DNA of 63,809 nt, the filler included, from Octopus bimaculoides (taxonomy: Eukaryota): the NCBI RefSeq assembly GCF_001194135.2. It is 6 parts of 6 records of this genome, joined end to end, with 100 filler letters (N's around TTAATTAATTAA, not from the genome) between each part and the next. Parts side by side here need not be neighbours in the genome. Positions count along the whole stretch, not along the records: positions 1 to 16,032 come from NC_069002.1; positions 16,133 to 35,654 come from NC_068995.1; 4 more parts are not named here. One strand, written 5' to 3'. A program made the translations under genes and the position numbers. The notes under the pieces were generated by a model. It was not told the DNA's origin, searched no databases, and saw nothing but the letters and a program-made list of their open reading frames with translations. Below, piece by piece: positions 10,798 to 22,804 of this stretch (the stretch's first letter is position 1; each line of letters begins with the position of its first letter).

Positions 10798-10928
10798 CCT
10801 TCATCGGAGACGGTAATAGTAGAAGATAAGAGTTATTACATCTGTATGAGGAGATTTGCAGTAAGAAATGAGCTCCTCATACAGATGTAATAATCCTTAT
10901 CTTCTACTATTACCGTCTCCGATGAAGG
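10798..10928. repeat. Long inverted repeat (56-bp arms, 19-nt spacer)
   Basis: 10798-10853 is the reverse complement of 10873-10928 except for one adjacent 2-nt difference. Confidence 0.92.
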
Positions 10929-11649
10929 GATAAGCTATATTAAGTCTCTGAGCGAGAGGTAAACAGTAACAGTACAGAATCGTAAAATATATTCACCAAC
11001 TAAATGTGGCGGTCTCATAGAGGACGATGCCACTGTTGTCTTTAGCCCCAGGAACACATCTCCTGGTGGTGGGGTGGGTGGGGTGGATATTGTGGTGCTA
11101 ACGGTGGCGGCGGAAAATTAGTTGAATGAGGTTCACAATCAGTATATTAATTTAGGCAGAGTGTTTAATGGGTGGATAGGAGGGGTGGGTGGGTGACTGC
11201 TGACCCCACCGCAACTCCTTCTTCGTTTATTGATAAAGGAATTCGTCTGAATGTGAACCAGAACTTTGAGGCGAGAGAGGTCAACTATAGTTTGGTTTCA
11301 TTTGAGTCGGAGGTCAAACCAGGATTTATGGCGAAAGTATAAATAAGCGCGCACACACACACACACGGACGCACAAAGAGAATAATACTCTTATACACAT
11401 TGCATATACATACACATACATATACAATGCACAAACACATACACAATTCATACACGTATATATACACAATACTAGATCGTTAATGTTAGCGACAGACACT
11501 GTATTAATCCCGAGAAGTAATGCTTGTCCCCACTATATATACATACGTTCACCACATACAATAATACTAACCCATAATACACAATACGTATACATATACA
11601 CGCAATGCACACATACACAATACATACTCTCACATACACAGTCTGTAGA

Positions 11650-11915
11650 AACTCTCTCTCTCTCTCTCTCACGCACACAATCACACACAAACAAACAGAC
11701 ACAATAGACACGCACACACACATAATCCACCCACGTGGTCAGTATTTCTAAACAACATATTTTGTGTGGGATGGGCTTTCTCAGAGTTTCATTTTCTCTC
11801 TCTCTCTCTCTTTCTTTCTTCACTTTCTTCCTCAATCTCCCTCTCTCTCTCTTCGTCTTTCTCACTTTCGTCTTTCTCTCTACTCTCTTTTCCTCTCTCT
11901 CTCTCTCTCTCTCCG
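11650..11915. repeat. (CT)n-rich pyrimidine tracts
   Basis: Direct read. Confidence 0.85.
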
Positions 11916-12150
11916 TTCCCCTTCTCTATTCAATGTGTGTGTTGTTTATATTTTTAGAAATTGCTTTTCTCGATAATGGAGGAGGAATGGCTGGTTTCTT
12001 GCTTAGAAACGCAGCTCTTTCAAGCAAATCGAACACAAGCTGGGTCTCGATCAATCCCGGTTGGGTCAGTGACCCCTGATCATGTGTCCACCTGCATCAC
12101 AGAATGATATTTGGAAAAGCATACATCAACGGGGTAATTACGTATGTGCG

Positions 12151-15068
12151 TATGTATGTATGTATGTCATTATTCAGTTTAGTTCCAGATTTCTTGCCAA
12201 TAAAGAACCGGTTTCTAACCTAGATCCATCCTTCATTGGAATTTCAACATCAACAACAGGGTGTTTTTGTTTGTTTGTATGTATGTATATGTGCAGATTT
12301 GTATGTTATTCTCATGCATATAGTTGCATATCTAGATATACTCATATATATTTAAATGATAAACTTCCGCAAAGTTTTACAGATTTTTGCAGTTCCAGTA
12401 TAGTCTTCGAATTAGCTTTTTCCTTTCTGATTTTGAAAAGCCTAATTTCTCAACATTGGTATTTAGGCAGTGTGTTACATATCCCAGCGCCCCAATAATC
12501 ACAGTATAAACCTGAACTTGTGATCTGGATAGAGTAACTGTAGATTTCCCAATAGTTCAGCATATTGCTCTCTTTTTCACTGATTTTCAGCTTTATGTTA
12601 ATATTCGCTGGGCAGCTAATTTCCACAACTGTGCACAGTTTCTCTTCTCTATCCCAAATCATTATATCAGGTCTATTGTGAGGTCTTCACTGGTATATTC
12701 CACCAGTATTCCTTTTCATAATGAATGGCTATGGCTTTTACCATATTGTAGGTTCTTATTTCTTTTTCGTCGGGATTATCCTTCCGACGGATTTCATTAT
12801 AGGGTGCCCTAGCTACAACGTCATGTCTCATCGGTAAATAAAACCGTGATGACATTTTCGGACAACTGCTTATGATGTGGGTGATATCTTCAGTGTGAAC
12901 TCCACAAAGTCTGCATCGGTTGTCACATTTTACGGTTTTCCTGCATATCTATCCCTTTTGTGCATCAGGTACTTGGTTGATATTTCCTGTTCCTGGATTG
13001 CAGATGCATACCCTTCAAAGTGGGAGGTAGTAACCCGGTTATTCGTCCATGATAAACTGCTTTGATGATCGATGTTACTATCATCACGGAGCTTTCTACT
13101 AATATATCCATGCATAGCTGATACAGACTCATCCTTTCATCTGATGATATGTTGCGGTAGAGTCGTACGACTTCTTTGGGCATGTATTCTAGGTTATCAA
13201 AGAGTGTTGCTCAAGGAGCTGCCTTCCAAGTCTTATGATGTTATCAGCCTCATGTATGCCAACTTGGTCAAGGGATGCACTTCGACACCTGGTTAAAAGA
13301 TGTCGAAGGGATACGATGCGACATTCAAAGACATTTTCGATCGATGTTAAGCCTCTGCCGCCTTCTTTTTGTTTTAGGTAGGGGCGTTCTACGTCACTGT
13401 TTATGTGGAAATTAAGTGTGCTTGTTAATATTTTTCGGGTTTTCACATCAATGGCTCGGATCTCATCAAGTAACCCAAATGCTGGTATGAGTACTGGCAC
13501 TGCAAATACATTGTGGGCCACTGTTTCTTTTTTTTTTTTTGAATCCAGAGAGTTCTGAGTTCCAAATTTTCTTTACTCGGCTGTAATATTCTTTAGTGGC
13601 ACGTATTCTGTTACAGGTGCCACTGTAAGACATATTTCCATCCACCCCCAGATTCCTGTAACATTCATACAGGGATAACAGTCAAATCATTGCTGGAGAT
13701 GTTACTAGTTTCGTTTATAGTTTTCCCCCTTTTCACAACCATATAACAACATTTATCCTGACCATTTATCCGTTGAGAATGCTGTAACTAGGCCAAGGTT
13801 CTTTTTCATCTCATGCATATTCTTTGTAAAGTTTTCAGTCATCCACAAAAAAACAGTGTGTAATTTCGATATTTCTGTTTCCCTGTGAACCAGTGAGATA
13901 TCCTTCAGACTTCCTTAACATGAATGATAAGGGGTTTACAGAAAGTATAAACATCACAGAGAGGCTGTCTCCTTGGAATATGCCTTTGTGATATTGTATT
14001 CTATCGGTGATAATACAGACACTTTATGTGTTTAATTTCAAGATGGTGGCCCACGATGAATTCAAGTCAGCTATGGCTTTGACTATTCTCACTGGAACTT
14101 TAGCAAGTTGAAGGGTTTCTAGCATCCATGAGTGTGGAAGAGAGTCAAAGGCTCTCTTGTAATCTAACCACATTAAAACTGGGTTCCTCCTATGCTCTTG
14201 CACCTCTGACGTTACAGTTTTGTTTACTAACAATTGCTCGACACATCCCCAGACTCCCTTCTTCCCAGCTGCTTGTTCTGCTGTGATAATGTTATTGGTA
14301 TAGGGCGGCGAGCTGGCAGAAACGTTAGCACGCTGGGCGAAATGCTTAGCGGTATTTCGTCTGCTGTTACGTTCTGAGTTCAAATTCCGCCGAGGTCGAC
14401 TTTGCCTTTCATCCTTTCGGGGNNNNNNNNNNGAAATGCTTAGCGGTATTTCGTCTGCTGTTACGTTCTGAGTTCAAATTCCGCCGAGGTCGACTTTGCC
14501 TTTCATCCTTTCGGGGTCGATAAATTAAGTACCAGTTACGCACTGGGGTCGATGTAATCGACTTAATCCCTTTGTCTGTCCTTGTTTGTCTCCTCTATGT
14601 TTAGCCCCTTGTGGGTAATAAAGAAATGGATAATGTTATTGGTTTCACAATGGTCCTGGAGGAAGAGGTTTAAACATACTGTATATATCTGGCATGCAAT
14701 TGGCCGGTACTTTTTTGCCATGTGGGTGGTTCTGCATTTGGGGATCAATTTTATATCTGCCAGTGTGGTATGCTACTGTTCCCAAGGAAAGCTTGCTGGT
14801 ACAAATTGATAAGGTATGGTCGGTAGAATGTTAGCTTCTTGTATCAATATCCAACAATCAAGTCTCTTCCCGGTGCTTTTCCATCCTGGAGTTTCTGGAT
14901 AATAGTTGCAGGAGCAATAACTTTTTCGGATTTCTTTCAGCCACAACGCATCTTGGTTAAATTTCTTCTCTTCACTCCAGATTTTCCTCCACAGGGAATT
15001 TATGTCTTCTCTTTGAAGGAGCTTCCGTGATGTTCACTGCTCCTCCTCTCATATCTCTGTATACTGCT
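12151..15068 (-). mobile_element. R4/Dong-like (restriction-like endonuclease) non-LTR retrotransposon, 5'-truncated and decayed
   Basis: Collinear peptides KAPGRD, YRPIAC, WLDYKRAFDSLPHSW, GIFQGDSLS, FFVDD (13836-13850), YLKQKEGGRGL and HNRPDIMIWDREEKLCTVVEISCP (PD-(D/E)xK). These are followed by a 3' UTR and a (CATA)4 tail at 12151-12166. Confidence 0.88.
14300..14628 (+). mobile_element. SINE family B (long-tail variant) inserted into the R4/Dong-like RT region
   Basis: Flanked by a 15-bp TSD GATAATGTTATTGGT at 14285-14299 and 14629-14643. Confidence 0.92.
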
Positions 15069-15405
15069 GCTTCGATTCGCAGACCGGGCGTTGTGAGTGT
15101 TTATTGACCGAAAACACCTAAAGCCCCACGAGGCTCCGGCAGGGGATGGTGGCGAACCCTGCTGTACTCTTCCACCACAACTTTCTCTCACTCTTACTTC
15201 CTGTTTCCGTTGTGCCTGTAATTCAAAGGGGTCAGCCTTGTCACAGTTTGTGTCACGCTGAATATCCCCGAGAACTACGTTAAGGGTACACATGTCTGTG
15301 GAGTGCTCAGCCACTTGCACGTTAATTTCACGAGCAGGCTGTTCCGTTGATCGGATCAACTGGAACTCTCGACGTCGTAAGCGACGGAGTGTCAACAGCA
15401 ACAGC
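15069..15405 (+). mobile_element. SINE family E, truncated at the B box, with RTE-like tail
   Basis: TTCGATTCGCAGACCGGGCG...CGAGCAGGCTGTTCCGTTGATCGGATCAACTGGAAC...CAACAGCAACAGC; also present at 36455-36925 and 37290-37497. Confidence 0.85.
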
Positions 15406-15640
15406 ATGTATGTATGTATGTATGTATGTATGTATGTATGTATGTATGTATGTCATTATTCAGTTTATTTCAAGATTTCTTGCCAATAGAGAAAGAACCG
15501 GTTTCTAACCCAGATCGAAAGCTCTTTCATTGGAATTTCATCAACATCATTTTATTTTTGCATGTATGTATATGTGCAGTAGAGTCGGTGCATATGCAGA
15601 TTTGTTTTATGCATGTATTCTCATGCATAAAGCTGCATGT
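15406..15640 (-). mobile_element. Second 3' UTR of the R4/Dong-like family with a long (CATA)n tail
   Basis: TCATTATTCAGTTT..CAAGATTTCTTGCCAAT..AAAGAACCGGTTTCTAACC aligns with 12167-12330; (TATG)n at 15406-15452. Confidence 0.85.
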
Positions 15641-15883
15641 CTAGACATGCACACACGTGTGTGCGTGTATATGCATGTGTGTGCGCGCGCGCATGTCATG
15701 TATTTGTCTCAGGGAGCTTGATAGCGCTGCTGTAGCATGGCCGTACTCCAATAACTGAAGTAAGAAAAACACTACAAAGAATATCATGTTTTCGTGAACC
15801 ATCCTCGCTTCCGGTTACAGTTCGTAGTTAATCATTGCCACGGGTTTGTACGACCATGTGTTTCTTCTGTTCATAATTTGCAT

Positions 15884-15923
<40 letters not shown>

Positions 15924-16032
15924 CACACGCACACACACACACACACAACACACGCACGCACACAAGCCACACATACGCACACGTACACACAGTGCACCTA
16001 AAGCGTGTGATTATTATGTAAAACAATATTTA

Positions 16033-16132
16033 NNNNNNNNNNNNNNNNNNNNNNNNNNNNNNNNNNNNNNNNNNNNTTAATTAATTAANNNNNNNNNNNN
16101 NNNNNNNNNNNNNNNNNNNNNNNNNNNNNNNN
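16033..16132. other. Artificial scaffold linker N44-TTAATTAATTAA-N44
   Basis: Exactly 100 bp with stops in all six frames; the identical construct occurs five times. Confidence 0.95.
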
Positions 16133-16262
16133 GTAGAAGACACTTGCCCAAGGCGCCACGCAGTGGGACTGAACCCTGAACCATGTGGTTGGTAAGCAAG
16201 CTACTTACCACACAGCCGTGCACCAGCATGACCGCAGCCACTTGGCTGAAACACATAAATAA
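16133..16262 (-). mobile_element. SINE family A head (minus) joined to a family A tail tip (plus)
   Basis: GAAGACACTTGCCCAAGG...GCAAGCTACTTACCACACAGCC followed by CCAGCATGACCGCAG..CTGAAAC. Confidence 0.75.
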
Positions 16263-17367
16263 ATAAATAAATAAATAATAAACAAGGAAATAAAAGAAAA
16301 AATAAATAAATGAATGAGAATAAATAAACTCTTACAGCTGTTTCTACTGTTCCAACTTGCCAAGGTTTCCACATCATACAGAGATTGTACAAAGGTTGAA
16401 CAAACATTGGACAGGGGTCGTGAATAGTACTTACGGTTAGGGATATACAATTTTGTTATTATATATATCAAATTTACAGGTAATTGTCTGAAATGGAAAA
16501 GCAAAGCTTAAAAGGAATGAATGAAAATATTTTCAAAATTATAGACAACAGCTGAAGGGAGATAACCGTGTAAATACTTCTGTTGTTAGAATACAGTGAG
16601 ATATTTAGACACTTAAAATAAGGTTGAGGTTATTTTTAATTATAGAGAGAAACAGAGGGTATTCATGTTCGGATAGAGTTAGAGCTTAAAGATAATGAAC
16701 CTATGTGGAATTATAATTGTATAAGGCTGAGAAATTATAAAATTGTAAAATTGTAGAATTAATTGCAATTACAATGTATATGTATATGTAGACACTCGCA
16801 CCCACACTCACAGAACAAAAAATGTAGAATGTGATCAGTATTCCTAATTTGCAGTTCGATTAAAGAACAAAACATACCAGTTAGAGACACATAAAAATTG
16901 TTATTTCTTATATCACTGTATGTAAGTTAAATCATCCTAAACACAGCCATAAAAGACTCTGAAAACTTATTCACACGACCTTTACAATATAACATCACCA
17001 GGGGAAATTTAATTCCATTCCATTTTGTCTACTTAAAATTGCTTTTACAAAAAAGCTGTTGGTTAAAGAATTTAAACCCATTCTTCTTATCACCTGTCAG
17101 AAAAGTTTGCATTTCCCGGTACAAATATATATTTTCTTTCGAATTTTCATCACATTATTCGTCAGATTGTTTTCAGTGAAATCAGTTTGTATTTCTTCTT
17201 ATATTTGTTTGGTAAAGAAATACCTTAAATAAATCATGTGACATTATTTATCTATTCTCTATTCTCTCTCTCCGAATGTGTATGTAACTTTGTATGTAAA
17301 TACATACATACATACACACAAACAGATATATATTGTGTGCATATATATATATATTTTTAGTGAATAC

Positions 17368-17375
<8 letters not shown>

Positions 17376-17432
<57 letters not shown>
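17376..17432. repeat. (TA)n microsatellite
   Basis: Direct read. Confidence 0.95.
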
Positions 17433-17436
<4 letters not shown>

Positions 17437-17468
17437 ATTGTACATATTTGTATACTCATATATATATA

Positions 17469-17620
17469 TCATTTTAGAAAGTCATTTTGTAGGTGTGTGC
17501 AAAAACAAGAGTAGGAGAAGAAGAAAATACCATCTTGAATAACAGCCCAGTCAAGATGGTATTTTCTTCTTCTCCTATTCTTGTTTTTGCACACATCTAC
17601 AAAATAATTTTCTAAAATGA
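17469..17620. repeat. Long inverted repeat (70-bp arms, 12-nt loop)
   Basis: 17469-17538 versus the reverse complement of 17551-17620 shows 4 mismatches, all transitions. Confidence 0.93.
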
Positions 17621-17631
17621 AATTCCATTAT

Positions 17632-17720
17632 GCAGCTGAGGAGTACATGTTCATTACACATCTTATGTGGTGTTCTCACTACATAAAATAAATGAAGTTT
17701 GTACGAAACGTACGTACTGC
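17632..17720 (+). ncRNA. Type I hammerhead ribozyme motif (minimal, Penelope-associated type)
   Basis: Helix I GCAG(17632-35)/CTGC(17717-20); core CTGAGGA(17636-42); helix II GTACA(17643-47)/TGTAC(17700-04); GAAA(17705-08); palindromic helix III ACGTACGT; GTA cleavage triplet ending at 17716. Confidence 0.8.
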
Positions 17721-17959
17721 TATAACCTATTGAATTTTGTTGCTTTTCTTCAAATTTTCTTCACGAAATCTCTTGATTTTGTTTTTGGTTTTACCCTACC
17801 GAATTCTGGTACCTCAAACATTTTAAGTACCACATTTAATCTTTTGATTAAATCTATGTTATATATATATATATATCTGTAGAAATATGCAACACTTATT
17901 CAGTAACCATGATATATATATATATATATACAGTTGAAACTGTATAAAAATCTACTTCA

Positions 17960-18215
17960 GGACAGACACTTCCCAATTCAACGCATAAGTGAAAGGATGA
18001 AAATTGCAAAAATCGATTGATCTGAAACCATTTTTAAAAAAGTCGGACACAACAACACACCTACTCTGAAAGCACTACCTTCTGTCTCCACATACAACCC
18101 CAGAAACAAAGAAGCATTTAACATCATTGTCCAAAATCTCCTAATACTCCATAAGGACCACAAACTGAAGGAAATTTTACGTACCCATTAAATCATTAAA
18201 AGCAGCAAATTAAAT
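17960..18215 (+). mobile_element. Penelope-like element ORF fragment (RT to GIY-YIG linker region)
   Basis: LPSVSTYNPRNKEAFNIIVQNLLILHKDHKLKEILRTH*IIKS resembles the TY(N/H)P...I..N..IL linker of Penelope-like elements. Recognised from memory of the family, not searched. Confidence 0.65.
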
Positions 18216-18547
18216 ATAAAATCATTAAAAAGCAGTAAATTAAATATTTACCCCTACTATTATAAGAATCAAATGTAGACCAATATAAAAAATTACAGAT
18301 TTACCTCCCCTTCACTGAAAAGTACCTTGGTTACCAATTATCCTACCTAGCAAACAAACCTCATAATTTGAAAAGCAATAGCGAAACCGGTTATTATTTT
18401 CGAAGAAAACAAATCCAATTTTGTACCATATTTTATAATACATTTGCTATTATGATTTTAATATATTATTTAGTCTTGTAAAACAAATCTTCTATGTGTT
18501 TTCATCTTATTACTTTCCATATATATTCAACCACGTTTAATCGCCAA

Positions 18548-18586
<39 letters not shown>

Positions 18587-19817
18587 NNNNNNNNNNNNNN
18601 NNNNNNNNNNNNNNNNNNNNNNNNNNNNNNNNNNNNNNNNNNNNNNNNNNNNNNNNNNNNNNNNNNNNNNNNNNNNNNNNNNNNNNNNNNNNNNNNNNNN
18701 NNNNNNNNNNNNNNNNNNNNNNNNNNNNNNNNNNNNNNNNNNNNNNNNNNNNNNNNNNNNNNNNNNNNNNNNNNNNNNNNNNNNNNNNNNNNNNNNNNNN
18801 NNNNNNNNNNNNNNNNNNNNNNNNNNNNNNNNNNNNNNNNNNNNNNNNNNNNNNNNNNNNNNNNNNNNNNNNNNNNNNNNNNNNNNNNNNNNNNNNNNNN
18901 NNNNNNNNNNNNNNNNNNNNNNNNNNNNNNNNNNNNNNNNNNNNNNNNNNNNNNNNNNNNNNNNNNNNNNNNNNNNNNNNNNNNNNNNNNNNNNNNNNNN
19001 NNNNNNNNNNNNNNNNNNNNNNNNNNNNNNNNNNNNNNNNNNNNNNNNNNNNNNNNNNNNNNNNNNNNNNNNNNNNNNNNNNNNNNNNNNNNNNNNNNNN
19101 NNNNNNNNNNNNNNNNNNNNNNNNNNNNNNNNNNNNNNNNNNNNNNNNNNNNNNNNNNNNNNNNNNNNNNNNNNNNNNNNNNNNNNNNNNNNNNNNNNNN
19201 NNNNNNNNNNNNNNNNNNNNNNNNNNNNNNNNNNNNNNNNNNNNNNNNNNNNNNNNNNNNNNNNNNNNNNNNNNNNNNNNNNNTATATATATATATATAT
19301 ATGTATATAATGTTTTGAAAAGAGACCCACATAGATTGCATATTCGTACACTCTGTGTGGCATCAGGGTGTATCCTACTTTTGACTTGATTTAAGTATTG
19401 TCTTTAATTGAAACATTGTTGATAGAAATCCTGTACAATCTCTTAGTGTGTGTCAATGTGTATATGCTTACATGTACATACATACTATCCTATATTCTTC
19501 CGTACATACACGCATACCCATACTGTATTTTATCCCTCAATATATAACATTGTATTTATATATACCACAACAAAATAGTACATGGAATCCCTCTACACCT
19601 CACACAATTCATATTATTATAAACATGATCCATAATTTTTATTGAGGTCAGTAGACGAAATATGTGTGTGTGAAACAAGTTGCATAAATATTTAGGTACA
19701 ATTGCTATTTTATAGCTGTAATATATGTTTAGCATCAAATTGACAAAAATTATTAAGAAATTGATAAACAACTGTCAATATTTAGTATAATTTATAACCA
19801 ATATTTTTCTAATACTA

Positions 19818-20505
19818 AAGTGGTGAGCTTGTAGAAACTTTACCTCGTTGGACAAAATGTTTGGCTACTTTTCGTCCATCTTTACATTTTGAGTTCAAAT
19901 TCTGACAAAGTTTATTGTGATTTTCATCCTTTCGGTTCGATAAATGAAGTACCAGTTGAACATTAGGTTTGATGTCATCAACTTAGACACCCCCCTCCTA
20001 CATTTCCTGGTTTTGTGCCAAAATTTTAATAGTGAGTCGGCGAGGTGGTAAAATCGTTAGCACGGCGGACAAAATGCTTAACAGCATTTCGTCTGTCTCG
20101 CTACGATCTAATATCAAATTCTGCCGTGGCTGATTTTTCCTTCATCCTTTCGGGTTTCATTAAAATAAATACAATTTGAGCACTGAGGTTGTATATCATC
20201 GACTTACTCTATAAAAGAATAGCTGGCCTTGTGCAAAAATTTCAAACCAATATTTTGGATGATTTGAAAGGTACATCTTTTTAAAAGTAAGGCAGCGATC
20301 TGATGGAATCGGTAACAGTCCAAGTAAAATACTTAGCAGCATTTCCTCCGTCTGTACGCTCTGAGTTATCCTACAGAGATCGACTTTGCCTTCTATCCTT
20401 TCGGGATCGATAAAATATCTATCAGTTGAGTACTGGCGTCGATGTAACTGACTTATCTCCTCCACTGAACTTTCTGATCTTGTGCCAAAATTTGAGACCA
20501 ATATT
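19818..20505 (+). mobile_element. Three consecutive degenerate SINE family B copies
   Basis: Family B head, core (TTCATCCTTTCGG..GATAAA..GTACCAG) and CCTTGTGCCAAAATTT tail repeated at about 19818, 20035 and 20290. Confidence 0.75.
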
Positions 20506-20694
20506 TTGTATATGCACTCTATAGCGTAACATGAAAAAACAGTGGCTTGCTAATCGATATATGCTTTCATGTCAAGTAATAATATAAATATATCACTTAC
20601 ATTATATTACAGAAGTAAATCGGAGCCATCCATTTGTATATGTACATAGTTGTAAATATCCCTACTTACACTTTCTGTATGCATGCTTCTTCGA

Positions 20695-20716
20695 TATATA
20701 AGCTATATATGTCTAT

Positions 20717-20799
<83 letters not shown>

Positions 20800-20856
20800 C
20801 ATACACACACACACATATATTTATATAAGCTATATATGTCTATATTTACACACACA
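20695..20856. repeat. (CA)n tract bracketed by a 35-bp direct repeat
   Basis: TATATAAGCTATATATGTCTATATTTACACACACA at 20695 and 20822. Confidence 0.85.
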
Positions 20857-22804
20857 TATCCAGAGTAAGTGTAGGAATGGAGAAATCTCTCCACCCTGCA
20901 GACAGAGTCAGATTTACGTGAACTTTTATGACTCCAAAACTGTTTGCAGATTCTTGACATTTTGCACACTCCATCTGCCAACATTACAACTAATACGTAA
21001 TTCTGAGTCTTCAAAAACAGCTGTTGGACCTGAAATAGAGTGTCCTCTCCACTTGGTTTGCTGCATGTTCCGTACACCATTTAAATCTGTTCTGTGATTA
21101 TATACATATCTATATGCTTATGCATGAATATTCGTCTTCTGAATAGTTCCAGTTTTTGCTTCTCTCTCAACATATTCCTCTATATATTTACACGTGTATA
21201 TGTATGTATATTTTTTTAATAGAGCCCATGCGTGTTTATTTACTTATTCGCATCATTGTCTCCCTCCCCCTCTCTCTCTCTCTCTGTCTTTCTTTCTCTC
21301 TTGTATATTCATACAGTGTGTGTATGCTCGCGTATATGTATATATGTATGGATGGATAGATAGATACACATGCTAGAGTGCACACACACACAAACATATT
21401 TATGAATGTGTGCGAGGGAACATGTGTTACATTAACACAAGTGATCTGCTTTTAGGATACATAACTTAGCGTTACAGCAATCCGTAAACATGAACGCAAG
21501 TGTGTGACTCAAGTTTTATGGTCGGCTAAAAGATCTCAAGACGCTCTCCCAGTACGATGGCTGTTGTTCAGCAAAAGAATGAAAAAGGTCCATACGGGAG
21601 CATACACACACACGCACACATACAGACACGCACAGATACACACGCACAAACATACATATATAATGTGCATGGTGCCCTGTGTAAATGTTTTTCGAGATGC
21701 ATGTTAGAGTGTCAATGCTCGTATTTGTAGTGTGTTTGAGTTCATGACTGTTTCATTGGAAGAAACCGACATCTACATGAAAAAGGATTTGTTTGAGAGG
21801 TAACTTGACAGAAGAAGACTGCATTCTCACGTTTATACGTGGAGGGACTTTATAATATGGTGAGGAAACTAATCAATACTAGTGAAATAAAATGGAAAGC
21901 TGTAACTGTCAAAGGGAATCAACGTAATCATTTCTGAATTAAATATTATTTTACCTAACAACTTTTATCACAAATCATTAGAGTGAAAGTTTTCGAAAAG
22001 CTGAGAATCTATTTCATACTGCTGTTTTATACGTAGTGTAACATAGGCATACACTTGTCTCAAAATGTTCATGTTATACCCACTATATTTATATTCTCTG
22101 TTTTGTTTGAGTCTTTTTGACACGGGCAATATTTCTCTAAGCTATATGATTATAAAATGATATATAGATCTAGGAATAAAATGAGTGAGAGTATTTAGTA
22201 GGAAAAGATAAATGTATCGGATTTGTAAGTGAATTCAATGTTTTTATCCTTGGTGCATCTGTTTATAGTTATTTCCTATTCTTCGTAGAATGTTAAATGG
22301 AGAAAAATAAAAAATGTCTACGCATACGATAGCAAAGGATATTTTTTATTTCAGTAGTCACGGGCTTTCCAAAATCTCAAAAACCATTGCATAAAAGAAC
22401 AGTTCAAATGCAGACAATATGGGGCATAGGTATATGTCTTTGTTTGTCACTGCATACATACATACCTACATACATATATTATAACAGGTGAGTCGAACGG
22501 TAACATAAGCAATATATGAATAACCTGGCAAAATAATTATAGCCGGCAGAATATAAAGTAAACAGGTGATATACGATGAGGAAAGCACAGCATAAACAAT
22601 AATGCTTCGGGCACTGTTAAAAATTACATAAAACTTAAACTAGGAACCATATTCAATAAAGGTTTTGAAAGTTGTGTAAAACGTGTATCAGAAGTTTAAT
22701 ATATAATTAAGCGAGTAATAATAATTGTGAAGCTGACCTTGGTTACCCAATGGCCATATTTTATATGGCAATATCACCACCCAAAGTGTAAACAAGACAT
22801 GTGA

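Noticed and set aside
14340-14514. Apparent internal duplication in the SINE at 14300-14628
   Set aside because: The same about 82 bp flanks a 10-N gap on both sides, most simply an unmerged contig overlap.
16077-16088. TTAATTAATTAA palindrome recurring at 16077, 35699, 57393, 58736 and 61533
   Set aside because: Always centred in exactly 44 N + 12 + 44 N, with stops in all six frames. This is a scaffolding spacer, not biology, and adjacency across these joins is not sequence-supported.
16900-17225. Possible Penelope GIY-YIG remnant on the minus strand
   Set aside because: Only vague Cys/Tyr-Ile spacing with multiple stops; cannot be supported without an alignment.
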